This document shows, piece by piece, positions 24,947 to 36,060 of a DNA stretch of 64,000 bases. The DNA comes from Dendrobates tinctorius. Taxonomy: Eukaryota. How positions within the stretch are numbered: the first letter of the stretch is position 1; the number at the start of each line of letters is the position of its first letter. Location: positions 14,570,001 to 14,634,000 of the forward strand of contig NW_027361708.1 in the NCBI RefSeq assembly GCF_039654945.1, in the 5' to 3' direction. The notes beneath the pieces are model-generated. The model did no database searches and was not told where the DNA came from. It saw only the letters and a list, made by a program, of their open reading frames with translations. A program made the position numbers and the translations under genes.

Positions 24947-25090
24947 GGCCGACTCTTGGGCGCGGGCACTGGTACAGGGTCCTTCATAGTGCAATCAAGT
25001 GTCTCTGACGGTGGTGGTGCACACCCGCCGTCAGACACACCGCCGTACTATGAGGGGCCCAGTGCCAGTACCGACGCCCATGAGTGGGCC
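24947..25090 (+). other. Long imperfect hairpin ~200 nt downstream of the transposase stop
   Basis: ACTCTTGGGCG..ACTGGTACAGGGTCCTTCATAGTGC..GTGTCTCTGACGGTGG pairs with CCGCCGTCAGACACAC..GTACTATGAGGGGCCCAGTGCCAGT..CGCCCATGAGT. Confidence 0.8.
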
Positions 25091-25167
25091 CCCTTGCTTG
25101 GGCTGGGTCCCAGCATTTGCAATCTTTACCTCTCCCTGCTCCTCCGCTGTGTAGTCTGGGCCGTCAA

Positions 25168-25790
25168 ATCCATACTGTGCCTGACACCGTCTGAGCCTGC
25201 CTCCTGAGACATATATTTTCAATGTGTACGCTATCCATACATGTTATCCGGGGAAACGGTACCCTTTCTAACCTTTGTGCAATCACGTGCAATCCATACT
25301 GGGCCTAACACCGTATGAGCCTGCCTCCTGAGACATATATTTTGAATGTGTACGCTATCCATACATGTTATCCGGGGATACGGTATCCTTTCTAACCTTT
25401 GTGCAATCACGTGCAATCCATACTGGGCCTAACACCGTCTGAGCCTGCCTCCTGAGACATATATTTTGAATGTGTACGCTGTCCATACATGTTATCCGGG
25501 GATACGGTACCCTTTCTAACCTTTGTGCAATCACGTGCAATCCATACTGGGCCTAACACCGTCTGAGCCTGCCACCTGAGACATATATTTTGAATGTGTA
25601 CGCTATCCAAACATGTTATCCGGGGATACGGTACCCTTTCTAACCTTTGTGCAATCCATACTGGGCCTAACACCGTCTGAGCCTGCCTCCTGAGACATAT
25701 ATTTTGAATGTGTACGCTATCCATACATGTTATCTGGGGATACGGTACCCTTTCTCACCTTTGTGCAATCACGTGTAATCCATACTGGGC
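25168..25790. repeat. ~5-copy 124 bp tandem array inside the hAT
   Basis: ATCCATACTGGGCCTAACACCGTCTGAGCCTGCCTCCTGAGACATAT... recurs at 124 bp spacing; one unit has a 9 bp deletion. Confidence 0.95.
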
Positions 25791-25898
25791 GTGAGAACGG
25801 CTGGCGAGCTGTTAAGCAAGCTACAGCACCTGTGGTTTGCACACGTAAGTTTTTCATTTTTTCAGGAATGACGGTTAGGCCTAATTCCGGAACTGTGG

Positions 25899-26375
25899 TT
25901 GACCTGCACTTACTGGGAAATCATTGTTCGCGGGTAATAATTGTAATCAGTGATCCCCATCACTAACGTTGTTCAGCGGGTTATCTGCACCTGTAAGCGA
26001 CAAACGCTGGCCTTTTCAGTGTAGCGCACATGCTGCCACAAACATGTAAGGGCATGACACACCAGTTATTGGCCAATCTCATGTGCCAGAGCCTCACGTG
26101 TCCCTCTAGTAAGCCGGACTCGGACCGCGGGGCATGACGGAGTCTCGTTCGTTAACGGAATTAAGCTTGCAATGTGTGCATCTGTTCTGTAGCTGGCATG
26201 GTTGAGGTTTCCCAGGTGGAGTCGAATTTAACCGTAGGCTCCACTCCTGGTGGTGCCCTTCTGGACATTCCTTTAAGGTTCAGCTTTGCAACCATACTGC
26301 CCACATAAAACAAACACTTTGCCTTCATGAACGCTGTTTGGAGGGTCATGACTCGTGGGAATAACGCCGCCCAAT
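25899..26375 (-). pseudogene. Decayed 18S rRNA fragment (3' half of SSU rRNA) inside the hAT
   Basis: The + strand matches antisense 18S in collinear blocks: GCACTTACTGGGAA, GATCCCCATCAC, CAGTGTAGCGC, TAAGGGCAT, GAGTCTCGTTCGTTA.CGGAATTAA, GAGGTTTCCC, AGGCTCCACTCCTGGTGGTGCCCTTC, TTCAGCTTTGCAACCATACT, GGGAATAACGCCGCC. Many substitutions and internal deletions. Confidence 0.9.
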
Positions 26376-26869
26376 CAGTTAACCTGCTAGAGAGATCCTT
26401 CATTGCTCCCAAGCATGACATCACACTCCCTAGGAAGAAGGTAATGCCACTGTGGCGACCGTACTCCTGGGGGCGACACAAGTGCACTGATGCCCAGCCA
26501 CTGCTCGATGAATCTGCTGGTACATTGACCCAGACCACTACATTCCCGTCGCACGCTACACGACCTGAATCTGACCCTGATGAAACTCAGGTTACCCTTC
26601 CCATACACAGTTCCATCTTACACGGTGACAAAGAGGAAGCTGCAGATGAAAGTGCAGGTTCGGCCCACCCGCCATCAGACTCACCACCGTACTATCAGGG
26701 GCCCTGTGCCAGTGCTGTCGCCAACGAGTGGGCCCCCCCCTGCTTGCTCAGGATCACAGCACTTGCAAAGTTGAAATACTGTGCAGTGAGATGGAAGATG
26801 GGGACGACGAGGAATCCAGACAAGTACAGGGATTCCCTAGCGAGGAGACTTATTTGATTGTTTTCAATG

Positions 26870-27306
26870 TTGGGACAGCAATTTTTGGGGAGCACTATAC
26901 TCTGGAGAATGATAGATGGGGCCCACCATACACTGGAACATTCCAAAGGTGGACATCAGACACTGGAGCAGCATTTACAGGGCCCATTATACACTAGAGC
27001 ATTAGAAATGGGGCCCATTATGTTTGGAGCATTATTTGGGCCCATAAGACAGTGGAGCTTCATCCATGGGGACCAACATATACTGTAGCATTATGTGGAG
27101 CTCATCATATACTGTTTCAAACATTATATGGGACCAATGATTCTGTATGGAGAAATAGATGGGCCTCGTCATGAGATGTAAAAAGTGAGGTATTTTTCAT
27201 TGTACTATACCGCTATTTCTCTGCCGTATCGGAGCATGATGAGTTGTGGTATGTGTTAAAGGGGCGCTCTTTCGCCCAGGGCACATGAAAACCTGCAGCC
27301 AGCCCT
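26870..27306. mobile_element. Fragment of a minisatellite-bearing MITE within the hAT
   Basis: Degenerate GGAGCATTATGTGGGGCCC-type units. The end AAAACCTGCAGCCAGCCCT is reverse-similar to CAGGGCCAGCTCCAGGTTTT at 63481. Confidence 0.5.
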
Positions 27307-27858
27307 CCCCCCCCCACAACTTTAGCCAAATAACCCCCATTTTTCAGTGCGTAACTTGTATTATGAAGTTAATTAAGGTTGACAAGCTTAAGTAAGAAGA
27401 ATTGATGCTTTTGGCATTCAAATGGGCACTGTAGGTGTGTTTCCTGTCCTCCTCTCACTGCCGACTTTTATTCCCCATTGACTTACATTGGGTTTCGTGT
27501 TTCGGGACGACCCCGACTTTTCCCTATAATCGGACGATCTTGCTCGACCCGACTTTTGGAAAAGTCGGGTTTCACGAAACGAAACGCGACCCTAAAAAAC
27601 CAAAAGTCGCTCAACTCTAGTTCTCGCCAATAAACATATGCTTTTATCCCCAAATTCAAAATAGTGTTTACGTATTTTATCTCTTATGCACAGGGATTTT
27701 TGTTCCAGTATAGATAAGGCTTGTTGTCTTAGGGACGGTGCCACCCTGTTTTAAAAGGAACCAAAAGTAATTGGACAGTTGACTCCAAGGCTATTTCATG
27801 GACAGGTGTGGGCAATCCCTTCGTTATGTCATTCTGAATTAAGCAGATAAAAGGCCTG

Positions 27859-28502
27859 TGTCATGATCTCAGTGCGGGTTTGACTCGCACACGTGGGGTT
27901 AATGTTTGGAACCAGTGCTGATGACTGGCATTTCTGGGGTTAAAGGTTGTGATCACGATGCAGGCTTACCTGCACACCTGGGGCTATGATTGTGGCCTCT
28001 CCCTGGTTCTGGGGGAGGCTTCTTATAGCCTCAGGACGCTCCCATCCCTGTCAGTTATACTCTTGCCCTTGGCATTGTGTGGTGACCCCTGAGTGTGTTA
28101 GTGCTGTGTTCTGGTTGCTTGATTCTCTGTGTATGACTCGGTCTGTTCCCTGGATATTGCTTTGGATTCTGCCTGGTACCTCCTATGTCTGTTTGGTTTT
28201 GATCTCTGCTTGGCCCTGATTATCCGCTCTGTCTCCTCCCTGGTACTGTACTGATATCTTGTGTATGACCTTTGGCTTTGTCTGACCTCCCATCTGTTTA
28301 TCCCTCCTGTACCTCGCTGGTCTGTACCGTGCATGACTTCTGCTTTGCCATAATCTGAGTTCTCTGGCTTCTCTGACACTATTAGTTGAAGCACGCTTTG
28401 TCTCCTCTGCTGCCCTGCTCCCCAGGTAACTCTTAGCACTGCTTCTGTACTCAGGACACGTGCACTGGCTCTATGAGCAAGTGTAGTGCGGTGTCTCTGA
28501 CA
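27859..28502. mobile_element. Solo LTR inserted in the Tc1 5' region
   Basis: TGTCA...TGACA termini; 5 bp TSD GCCTG (27854-27858, 28503-28507). Confidence 0.85.
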
Positions 28503-28561
28503 GCCTGGAGTTCATTTGAGGTGTGGTGCTTGCATTTGGAAGGTTTTGCTGTGAAGGAAAC

Positions 28562-29525
28562 AAGCGGTCAAAGGAGCTCTCCATGCAGGTGAAACAAGTC
28601 ATCCTTAATCTGCAAAAACAGAAAAAACCCTTGCTACAACATTAGGAGTGGCAAAACCTACAGTTTGGTACATCCTGAGAAAGAAAGCACTGGTGAACTC
28701 ATGAATGCAAAAAGACCTGGACGCCCACAGAAGACAACAGTGGTGGATGATCGCAGAATAATCTCCATGGTGAAGAGAAACCCCTTCACAACAGCCAACC
28801 AAGTGAACAACACTCTCCAGGAGGTAGGCGTATCAATATCCAAATCTACCATAAAGAGAAGACTGCATGTAAGTACTGTAAATACAGAGGGTTCACTGAA
28901 CGGTGCAAGCCACTCATAAGCATCAAGAATAAAAAGGCTAGACTGGACCTTGCTAAAAAACATCTAAAAAAGCCAGCACAGTTCTGGAAGAACATTCTTT
29001 GGACAGATGAAACCAAGATCAACTTCTACCAGAATTATGGAAAGAGAAAAGTTTGGCGAAGGCATAGTACAGCTCATGATCCAAAGCATACCACATCATC
29101 TGTAAAACACGGTGGAGACGATGGCTTGGGCATGCATGGCTGCCAGTGGTACTGGTCACTAGTGTTTATTGATGATGTGACACAGGACACAAGCAGCCGA
29201 ATGAATTTTGAGGTATTCAGAGCCACACTGTGTGCTCAGATCCAGCCAAATGCAGCCAAACTGATTGGTCGTCGTTTCATACTACAGATGGACAATGACC
29301 CAAAACATAAAGCCAAAACAACCCAGGAGTTCATTGAAGCAAAGAAGTGGAATATTCTTGAATGGCCAAGTCAGTCACCTGATCTGAACCCAATTGAGCA
29401 TGCATTTTACTTGTTAAAGACTAAACTTCAGACAGAAAGGAACACAAACAAACAGCAACTGAAAACCACCGCAGTGAAGGCCTGGCAGAGCATCAAAAAG
29501 GAGGAAACACAGCATCTGGTGATAG
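28562..29525 (+). pseudogene. Tc1 DD34E transposase pseudogene
   Basis: RSKELSMQVKQ, KRPGRPQKTT, WTDETK, QMDNDPKH and WPSQSPDLNPIEH across several frames; start codon lost; multiple frameshifts. Confidence 0.92.
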
Positions 29526-30977
29526 CGAAGCAGTAGAGCATGTGTGCTGACATTCAATCAATGACCTGTAGTAATTGAAATATTTATAATTCTCTGTATG
29601 TTGCTAGTATATGGAAATGTTCTGGTTTATACTTGATAGAAAACTTGTCCTGAATATGTGTTGCTCACACAGTTACATGATTTATTACAAAGAAGAGCTT
29701 TAGGCTGGGTTTACACGTTGCGGTACTCCCGCGGAAATTACAGCGGGAATTCCGTAACTCCATTCTGCGGGAAAATCGCATTTTAAATTCCCGTGATTTT
29801 CCTGCTGAAAAACTAGCATTTTGCAAGCGTTATTAGCTTGCAGAATGCTAGCATTTTCCAAGCGATCTGTAACATCACTTGGAGAACTGATTGACAGGTT
29901 GGTCACACTCATCAAACATAATGTTTGACGAGAGTTACCAACTTTTTACTATTGAGGCTGCCTATGCAGCGTCAGTAGTAAAAAGATCTAATGTTAAAAA
30001 TAATAAAAAAAATAAAAAATCGTGGTATATTCACCTTCAGACGTCCCGCGCAGCGTCCCCAGGCCCCAGATGCTCTGGCAGGTCCCGTTCCCTGTAGGTG
30101 TGTTGTTTGACAGCTCGGCTGTCCAATCTGAGACTGGTGGGTGTTAACTGTCTCAAGGTGTTTATTATCCCGGGTGATTGCCAGGCCACTTAACTGAGCT
30201 GTTTATCTTTTGTTGCCTGACCTTGGACCTAGTTCTGACCATCCGTTTGTTTAACCCTTTCTACTTTGATCTGCTCTCTCCTGGTATTCTGACCTCAGAA
30301 CGTTACCTGACTATGCTTTTATCTCTTCCTTTTGTTTATGATGTACCCTCTTGACTTCTGACCTTGGACTCTTTGAATATCATGACTCACTTCTTGGCCA
30401 TGATAAGTGACCAGTGTCATAGGAACTGTACATTCCATTATGGGAAATATATTGCAGTCTTGACATATAGCTAAGTTCATTCCTGAGAAGGAGTTAATGC
30501 CTTTGGATTTAGAATGGGATGTTATAAATTTTTGGAGGTGTAATGTGCAGGTGTCCAGTGGTGTACCACCAAAAGCGGCAGATCATATGGCTGCTATGGA
30601 GCCAATGAGTCAGGGTTTGGTGCTGGAATTTGGCACCTATGCCCAGCATCTCTTTTTCAACTGTATCTGCAACCTGGATGCAGATACAGTTGAATGCAAT
30701 CATAGAACAGTCCTTGTTCCATCATTTTCGCTATGCATCTGAGCTTTGAGTCTGAGAGCTGTGATAGAGTCAATATAATGTGTGGGAGGGCTGTAGGGGC
30801 CACCATACACTTTGTAGGGCTGTGGGGAACATTATACTGTGTGGAGAGTTGTGAGGACCTTCATACTGCTGTGGGACTGTGTGGCCGCCGTGCTGTATAT
30901 ATGCCTGTAGGGATGACCATGTTGTGTCGGAGGCATGTGGGAGCCATCCTACTGTGAGTGTGGGTTGTGGAGGTTAA

Positions 30978-33226
30978 CCCCTTCCCAACCTGTGACACCA
31001 CGTAGGCGTCATGAAAATATGTGGCTTCCCGACCTGTGATGCCACATAGGCATCATGGCTGGATTGCTTTTCTGCGAGTCGGGTGACCAGGGTCACTGAA
31101 ATGTCACCCAACCTGCAGGTACATGAGGCACTGTAGTTGACACCGGGGTGGTGGCTTTGCCCACCCGTGGCTACGATCGCTCTGATAGGCTGTTTCACTT
31201 TCAACAGCAAATGAGAGAAATTGCAAAATTTCATCAATGAAACTTGGTGAAATATTACAATCCAGCCATGGCCGATGCTGCAATATCATCGGCTATTGGC
31301 TGGAGACCGCGATCTGACACCGCCACCGACTGAAGGCGGCGATATGCTGCCGCCATCAGTATTTGCTCCCTTCCATGCTGTCCTCCGCTCCCCTATTCTG
31401 CCCTCTGCTCCCCCCGCTGTCCGATTCCACCCCCTCCCCTCCAGCACCTCTCTGTGTCCTTCTGTCTCCAGGCCTTCCCCCATGGGCGCCGTCATCTTCT
31501 TCTGGTTAAAAAATGGCGGGTGCATTAGCAGTGTGCCCACCGAGATCTGCCAGCCGGCACCCGGCAGCAATAGGAAGATTTTTCCTATTGGTTCATTTTG
31601 GTCACTGTGATAGACCCTATCACAGTGATTAAAATAAAAAATAATTAAACCCCTCTTTATCACCCTCATAGGTAGGGAAAAATAATGAAATAAAGAAAAT
31701 ATATTTGGGGTTGGGGTTGGAATTAAGATAAAGGTTAGGGTTGAAGTTAGGGTTGGAATTAGGGTTAGGGTTGGGATTATGGTTAGGGGTGTGTTGGGGT
31801 CAGGGTTGTGGTTAGGGTTATGGTTATAGTTGGGATTAGGGTTAGGGGTGTGTTGAGGTTAGGGTTGGCGCTAGACTTGAGTGGTTTCCACTGTTTAGGC
31901 ACATCAGGGGCTCTCCAAACGTGTCATGGCCCCACCATTAATTCCAGCCAATTTTGCGTTCAAAAAGTCAAACGTTGCTCCCTCCCTTCCGAGCCCTGAC
32001 GTGTGCCCAAACAGTTGTTTACCCCAACATATGGGGCATCAGCGTACTCAGGAAAAATTGCACAACAACTTTGGGAATCTAATTTCTCCTCTTACCCTTG
32101 GGAAAATAAAAAAATTGGGGCTAAAAAATAATTTTTGTGGAAAAAAATGATTTTTTATTTTCACGGCTGAGTTATAAACTTCTGTGAAGCACTTAGGGGA
32201 CATCTAGATAAGCTCTTTGGGGGGTCTAGTTTCCAAAATAGGGTCACTTGTAGGGGGGTTTCTACTGTTTAGGCACATTAGGGGCTCTGCAAATGCAACA
32301 TGATGCCCGCAGACCATTCCATCAAAGTCTGCATTCCAAAACGGCACTACTTTCCTTCTGAGCCCCAACGTGCCCAAACAGTGGTTCCCCCTGACATTTG
32401 GGGTACTAGGGTACTCAGGACAAATTGGACAACAATTTTTAGGGTCCAACTTCTCCTGTTACCCTTGCGAAAATAAAACATTGCGGGCTAAAAATCATTT
32501 TTGTGGAAAAAAAATGATTTTTTATTTTCACGGCTCTGCGTTATAAACTTCTGTGAAGCACTTAGAGGTTCAAAGTTCTCACCACACATCTAGATAAGTT
32601 CCTTGGGGGGCCTAGTTTCCAAAATGGGGTTACTTGTGGGGGAGCTCCAATGTTTAGGCACACAGGGGCTCTCCATATGCGAAATGTTGTCCGCTAATGA
32701 TTGGAGCTAATTTTCCATTCAAAAAATGGTGCTCCTTCCCTTCCAAGCCCTGTCATGTGCCCAAACAGTCGTTTATGACCACATATGAGGTATCCGTGTA
32801 CTCAGGAGAAATTGTCTAACAAATTTTAGGTTCCATTTTATCCTGTTGCCCATGTGAAAAGGAAAATATTAATGCTAAAAGAACATTTTTGTTGGAAAAA
32901 TTAAAATGTCCATTTTTTCCTTCCACGTTGCTTTATGTCCTGTGAGGCACCTGAAGAGTTAATAATCTTCTTGAATGTAGTTTTGCGTAGCTTGAGGGGT
33001 GCAGTTTTTAGAATGGTGTCACTTTTGGGTATTTTCTGCCATAAAGACCTCTCAAAGTGACTTCAAATGTGAGGTGGTCCCTAAAACAAATGGTTTTGTA
33101 AATTTTGTTGTAAAAATGAGAAATCGCTGATCAAATTTTAACCCTTATAACTTCCTAACCAAAAAATTTGTTTCCAAAATTGTGCTGTTGTAAAGTAGAC
33201 ATGTGGTAAATGTTATATATTAACTA
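30978..33226. mobile_element. Non-autonomous TTAA-target (piggyBac-like) element with degenerate TTAGGG tract and internal tandem repeats
   Basis: TTAA|CCCCTTCC start; TTAGGG-like run 31705-31870; repeated GTTTCCAAAATGGGGTCACTTGT blocks; interrupted by a Helitron at 33227. Confidence 0.65.
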
Positions 33227-33482
33227 CTAGCTGAAGAGCCTGGCATTGCCTGGGCATAGTAACCAACTGTGTTTAGTTATAACAAATTATAATGATTATA
33301 TTGCACATAAAAACCGTGCATCTAATCCTATCCTGTGTGATACTGACTGCTGAGCTGTGTATCTAATCCTATTCTGTGTGATACTGTCTGCTGAGCCATG
33401 TATCTAATCCTATCCTGTGTGATACTGCCTGCTGAGCCATGTGTCTAATACTCTCCTGTGTGATACTGACTGCTGAGCCATG

Positions 33483-34315
33483 TGTTTTGTGAATTCATTC
33501 TCCCCTTCACCTTTGATGTCTGATGAACTTCCTCTGCTGGTGAAGAGAGGTAGTGAAATTGATTGGGATGGGAAGAATCTGTCATCTGAACAGGCGGAGT
33601 GTGATTGGACATCTGGAATTTCTGAGTGGATATAAGGCAGCCGACGCCCTGCAGGGCTGCTGGTGATCCTTTCTGCTCTGATCTCTTGCATCCAGTTTAG
33701 TTCCTGTCTACTAAAAGCTAAGTTTTTGCCCTGCTATTATTCCATGAGATTTTGTCTGGTTTCCTTAAGGTTTGTATTCAGCCAGTCCTGGTTGGGACTG
33801 GCTGAATTCCATTTTTGTCTCTGATCAGTTGATCTCTTTGCTCTGTTTTCAGAATATACCGGAGTGCTGATATAGTGATTTTGAAGTCTAGTGACTTCAG
33901 GGCCTTTTTCCCTATCAGACGGTTGGGACATTTTTGGTAGGGTTTTTTGCGGATTGCAGCCAGCATCTTTTCTGTCCTGTCCCATCTAGTTAGTTGGGCC
34001 CCATCGTTTGCTCAGCCTGTCTTTCTGTCTGTGTTTGTGTTTTCATCTGTATTTCACCGACAATACATGTTGGGGGCTGTCTATTGCTTTGGGGTCTGCT
34101 CTGGGGCAGTTTAGATTTCCCCTTTCCTTCTTTAGGCTTATGTAGTTCTCCGGCTGTGACGAGGGGTCTAGGGCACCGTAGGAACCCCCCACGGCTACTG
34201 TTAGTTGTGGTGTATAGGATCAGGGGTCTGCAATCCGATAGCTACCAACCTCTCCGGTTTTCTGGACTTAGCTTGTATTTTTGTTTTCTCCTCCTCCGGT
34301 GACTCATTCATAACA
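33483..34315 (+). mobile_element. Full-length solo LTR related to the chromovirus at 10286-16605
   Basis: Reverse complement aligns to both 10286-10560 and 11259-11848; TG...CA ends; CATG duplicated on both sides. Confidence 0.9.
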
Positions 34316-34809
34316 CATGTGTCTAATACTCTCCTGTGTGATACTGACTGCTGAGCTGTGTATCTAATCCTATCCTGTGTGATATTGACTGCTGAGCCGT
34401 GTATCTAATCCAATCCTGTGTGACACTGACTGCTGAGCTGTGTATCTTATCCTATCCTGTGTGATACTGCCTGCTGAGCCATGTGTCTAATACTCTCCTG
34501 TGTGATACTGACTGCTGAGCTGTGTATCTAATCCTATCCTGTGTGATACTGACTGCTGAGCTGTGTATCTAATCCTATCCTAAGACATGGTCATGGTGAT
34601 GGATCTGAAGCATTCCCTGAAGTGCCTCCATGGTTCCGTCGCAATCTCCTCCCGAAATTACCTAATTTCTGGTCATTTTCTAGCACGTTACTTCTCGGGG
34701 CTCCGCCGTGTACTCCTGTGTCCGCAGGAAAAGAAAGCTCCCGGCTGGGACAGACTCCCTCAAAATCGGGACTGTCCCGCTGGATCCGGGACGGTTGGGA
34801 GATTTGAAT

Positions 34810-36060
34810 GCTCCCCACCATACACCTTGTACACGCATGGCTCCGCACACCTCACACACACGGTTTTGCTTTGTATGCATCGTACACACATAGATCCGCT
34901 CCGTACACCTCGCACACACACAGCTCCACTCACTACATATATGGCTCCACTCCGTAAACCTCGTACACATGCGGCCACGCTCTGTACACCTTGTACACAC
35001 ATGGCTCCACTCCATAGACCTTGTACACTTGTGGCTTTGCTCCATACACCCCATACACACGTGGCTCTGCTCCGCTCCGTAAACACACGGCTCAGCTCCA
35101 TACACCTTGTACACACGGCTCCGCTCTGTACACCTCGTACACACACATCTCCACTCCGTACACCTCATACACACACGGCTCCGCGCTATACTCCTCGTAT
35201 ATGTGCCGCTCCGCTCTATACACCTCATACGCCCGCGGCTTCACTCTATACACCTCGTACGCGCGCGGCTCCGCTCTATACACCTCGTACGCTCGCGGCT
35301 CCGCTCTATACACCTCGTATGCGCGCGGCTCCGCTCTATACACCTCGTACGTACACGGCTCCGCTCTATACACCTCGTACGCGCACGGCTCTGCTCTATA
35401 CACCTCGTACGCGCACGGCTCAGCTGCATAAACCTCGTACACACACGGCTCAGCTCCGTACACCTCATACACACACATGGCTCAGCTCTGTACACCTCAT
35501 ACACACACACGGCTCAGCTCCATACACCTCATACACACACGGCTCAGCTCCGTACACCTCGTACACACAGCTCAGCTCCATACACCTCGTACACACACAC
35601 ACACGGCTCAGCTCCGTACACCTCATACACACACACACGGTTCAGCTCCGTACACCTCGTACACACAGCTCAGCTCCATACACCTCGTACACACACACAC
35701 ACGGCTCAGCTCCGTACACCTCATACACACACACACGGCTCAGCTCCGTACACCTCGTACACACACACGGCTCAGCTCTGTACACCTCGTACACACACAT
35801 GGCTCCGCTCCGTACACCTCATACCCACGTGGCTCCACTCCGTATACCTCGTACACACGTGGCTCCACTCCATATACACGTGGCTCCGCTCCGTACACCT
35901 CATACACACAAGGCTCCGCTCCGTACACCTCGTACACACACATGGCTCCGCTCCGTACACCTCATACACGTGGCTCCGCTCCGTATACCTTGTACACACA
36001 TGCCTCCGCTCCGTACACACACGGCTCCGCTCTGCATACCCCATACACACACAGCTCTGC
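34810..36060. repeat. ~30 bp CA-rich minisatellite (ACACCTCGTACACACACGGCTCCGCTCCGT) inside a MITE-like element (~34735-36416)
   Basis: Tandem variant units seen directly; flanks share GGGACTGTCC...ATCCGGGAC motifs. Confidence 0.85.

Larger units (their letters stand above)
18005..27619 (+). mobile_element. Full-length 9.6 kb hAT DNA transposon
   Basis: Perfect 13 bp TIR TAGAGTTGAGCGA; 8 bp TSD GTTCTCGC (17997-18004, 27620-27627); CCGAC-rich subterminal motifs; internal transposase. Confidence 0.97.
7839..27737 (-). mobile_element. 5'-truncated L1-clade LINE, ORF2 pseudogene (~3.2 kb net; pieces 27620-27737, 16606-18004, 10045-10285, 7839-9256)
   Basis: RT motifs SVDAKKAFDRV, GTQEGCPLSP and LFADE in ORF 16598-17386; EQVGFVPGRE upstream; C-terminal cysteine-rich region ending HIWWSC. 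AATAAA near 7857 on the minus strand. 15 bp TSD GTGCCACCCTGTTTT (7824-7838, 27738-27752) at a TTTT/AA endonuclease site. Confidence 0.9.
6543..29525 (+). mobile_element. Tc1-like transposon split by nested insertions (pieces 6543-6602, 7688-7838, 27738-27858, 28503-~29525); 3' end missing
   Basis: TA|CAGTTAGGTCCATATATATTTGGACA terminus. The sequence rejoins across each duplicated target site. Inner repeat AAAAGTAATTGGACA at ~27763, then transposase. Confidence 0.85.

Noticed and set aside
25899-26375. Functional rRNA gene or rDNA-targeted (Pokey/R2-like) insertion site
   Set aside because: Partial, heavily mutated and lying inside the TIRs; the element's flanks are L1, not rDNA.
30420-30740. 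Short stretch with coding-like composition
   Set aside because: No motif recognised in the frames I read; cannot be assigned without a search.
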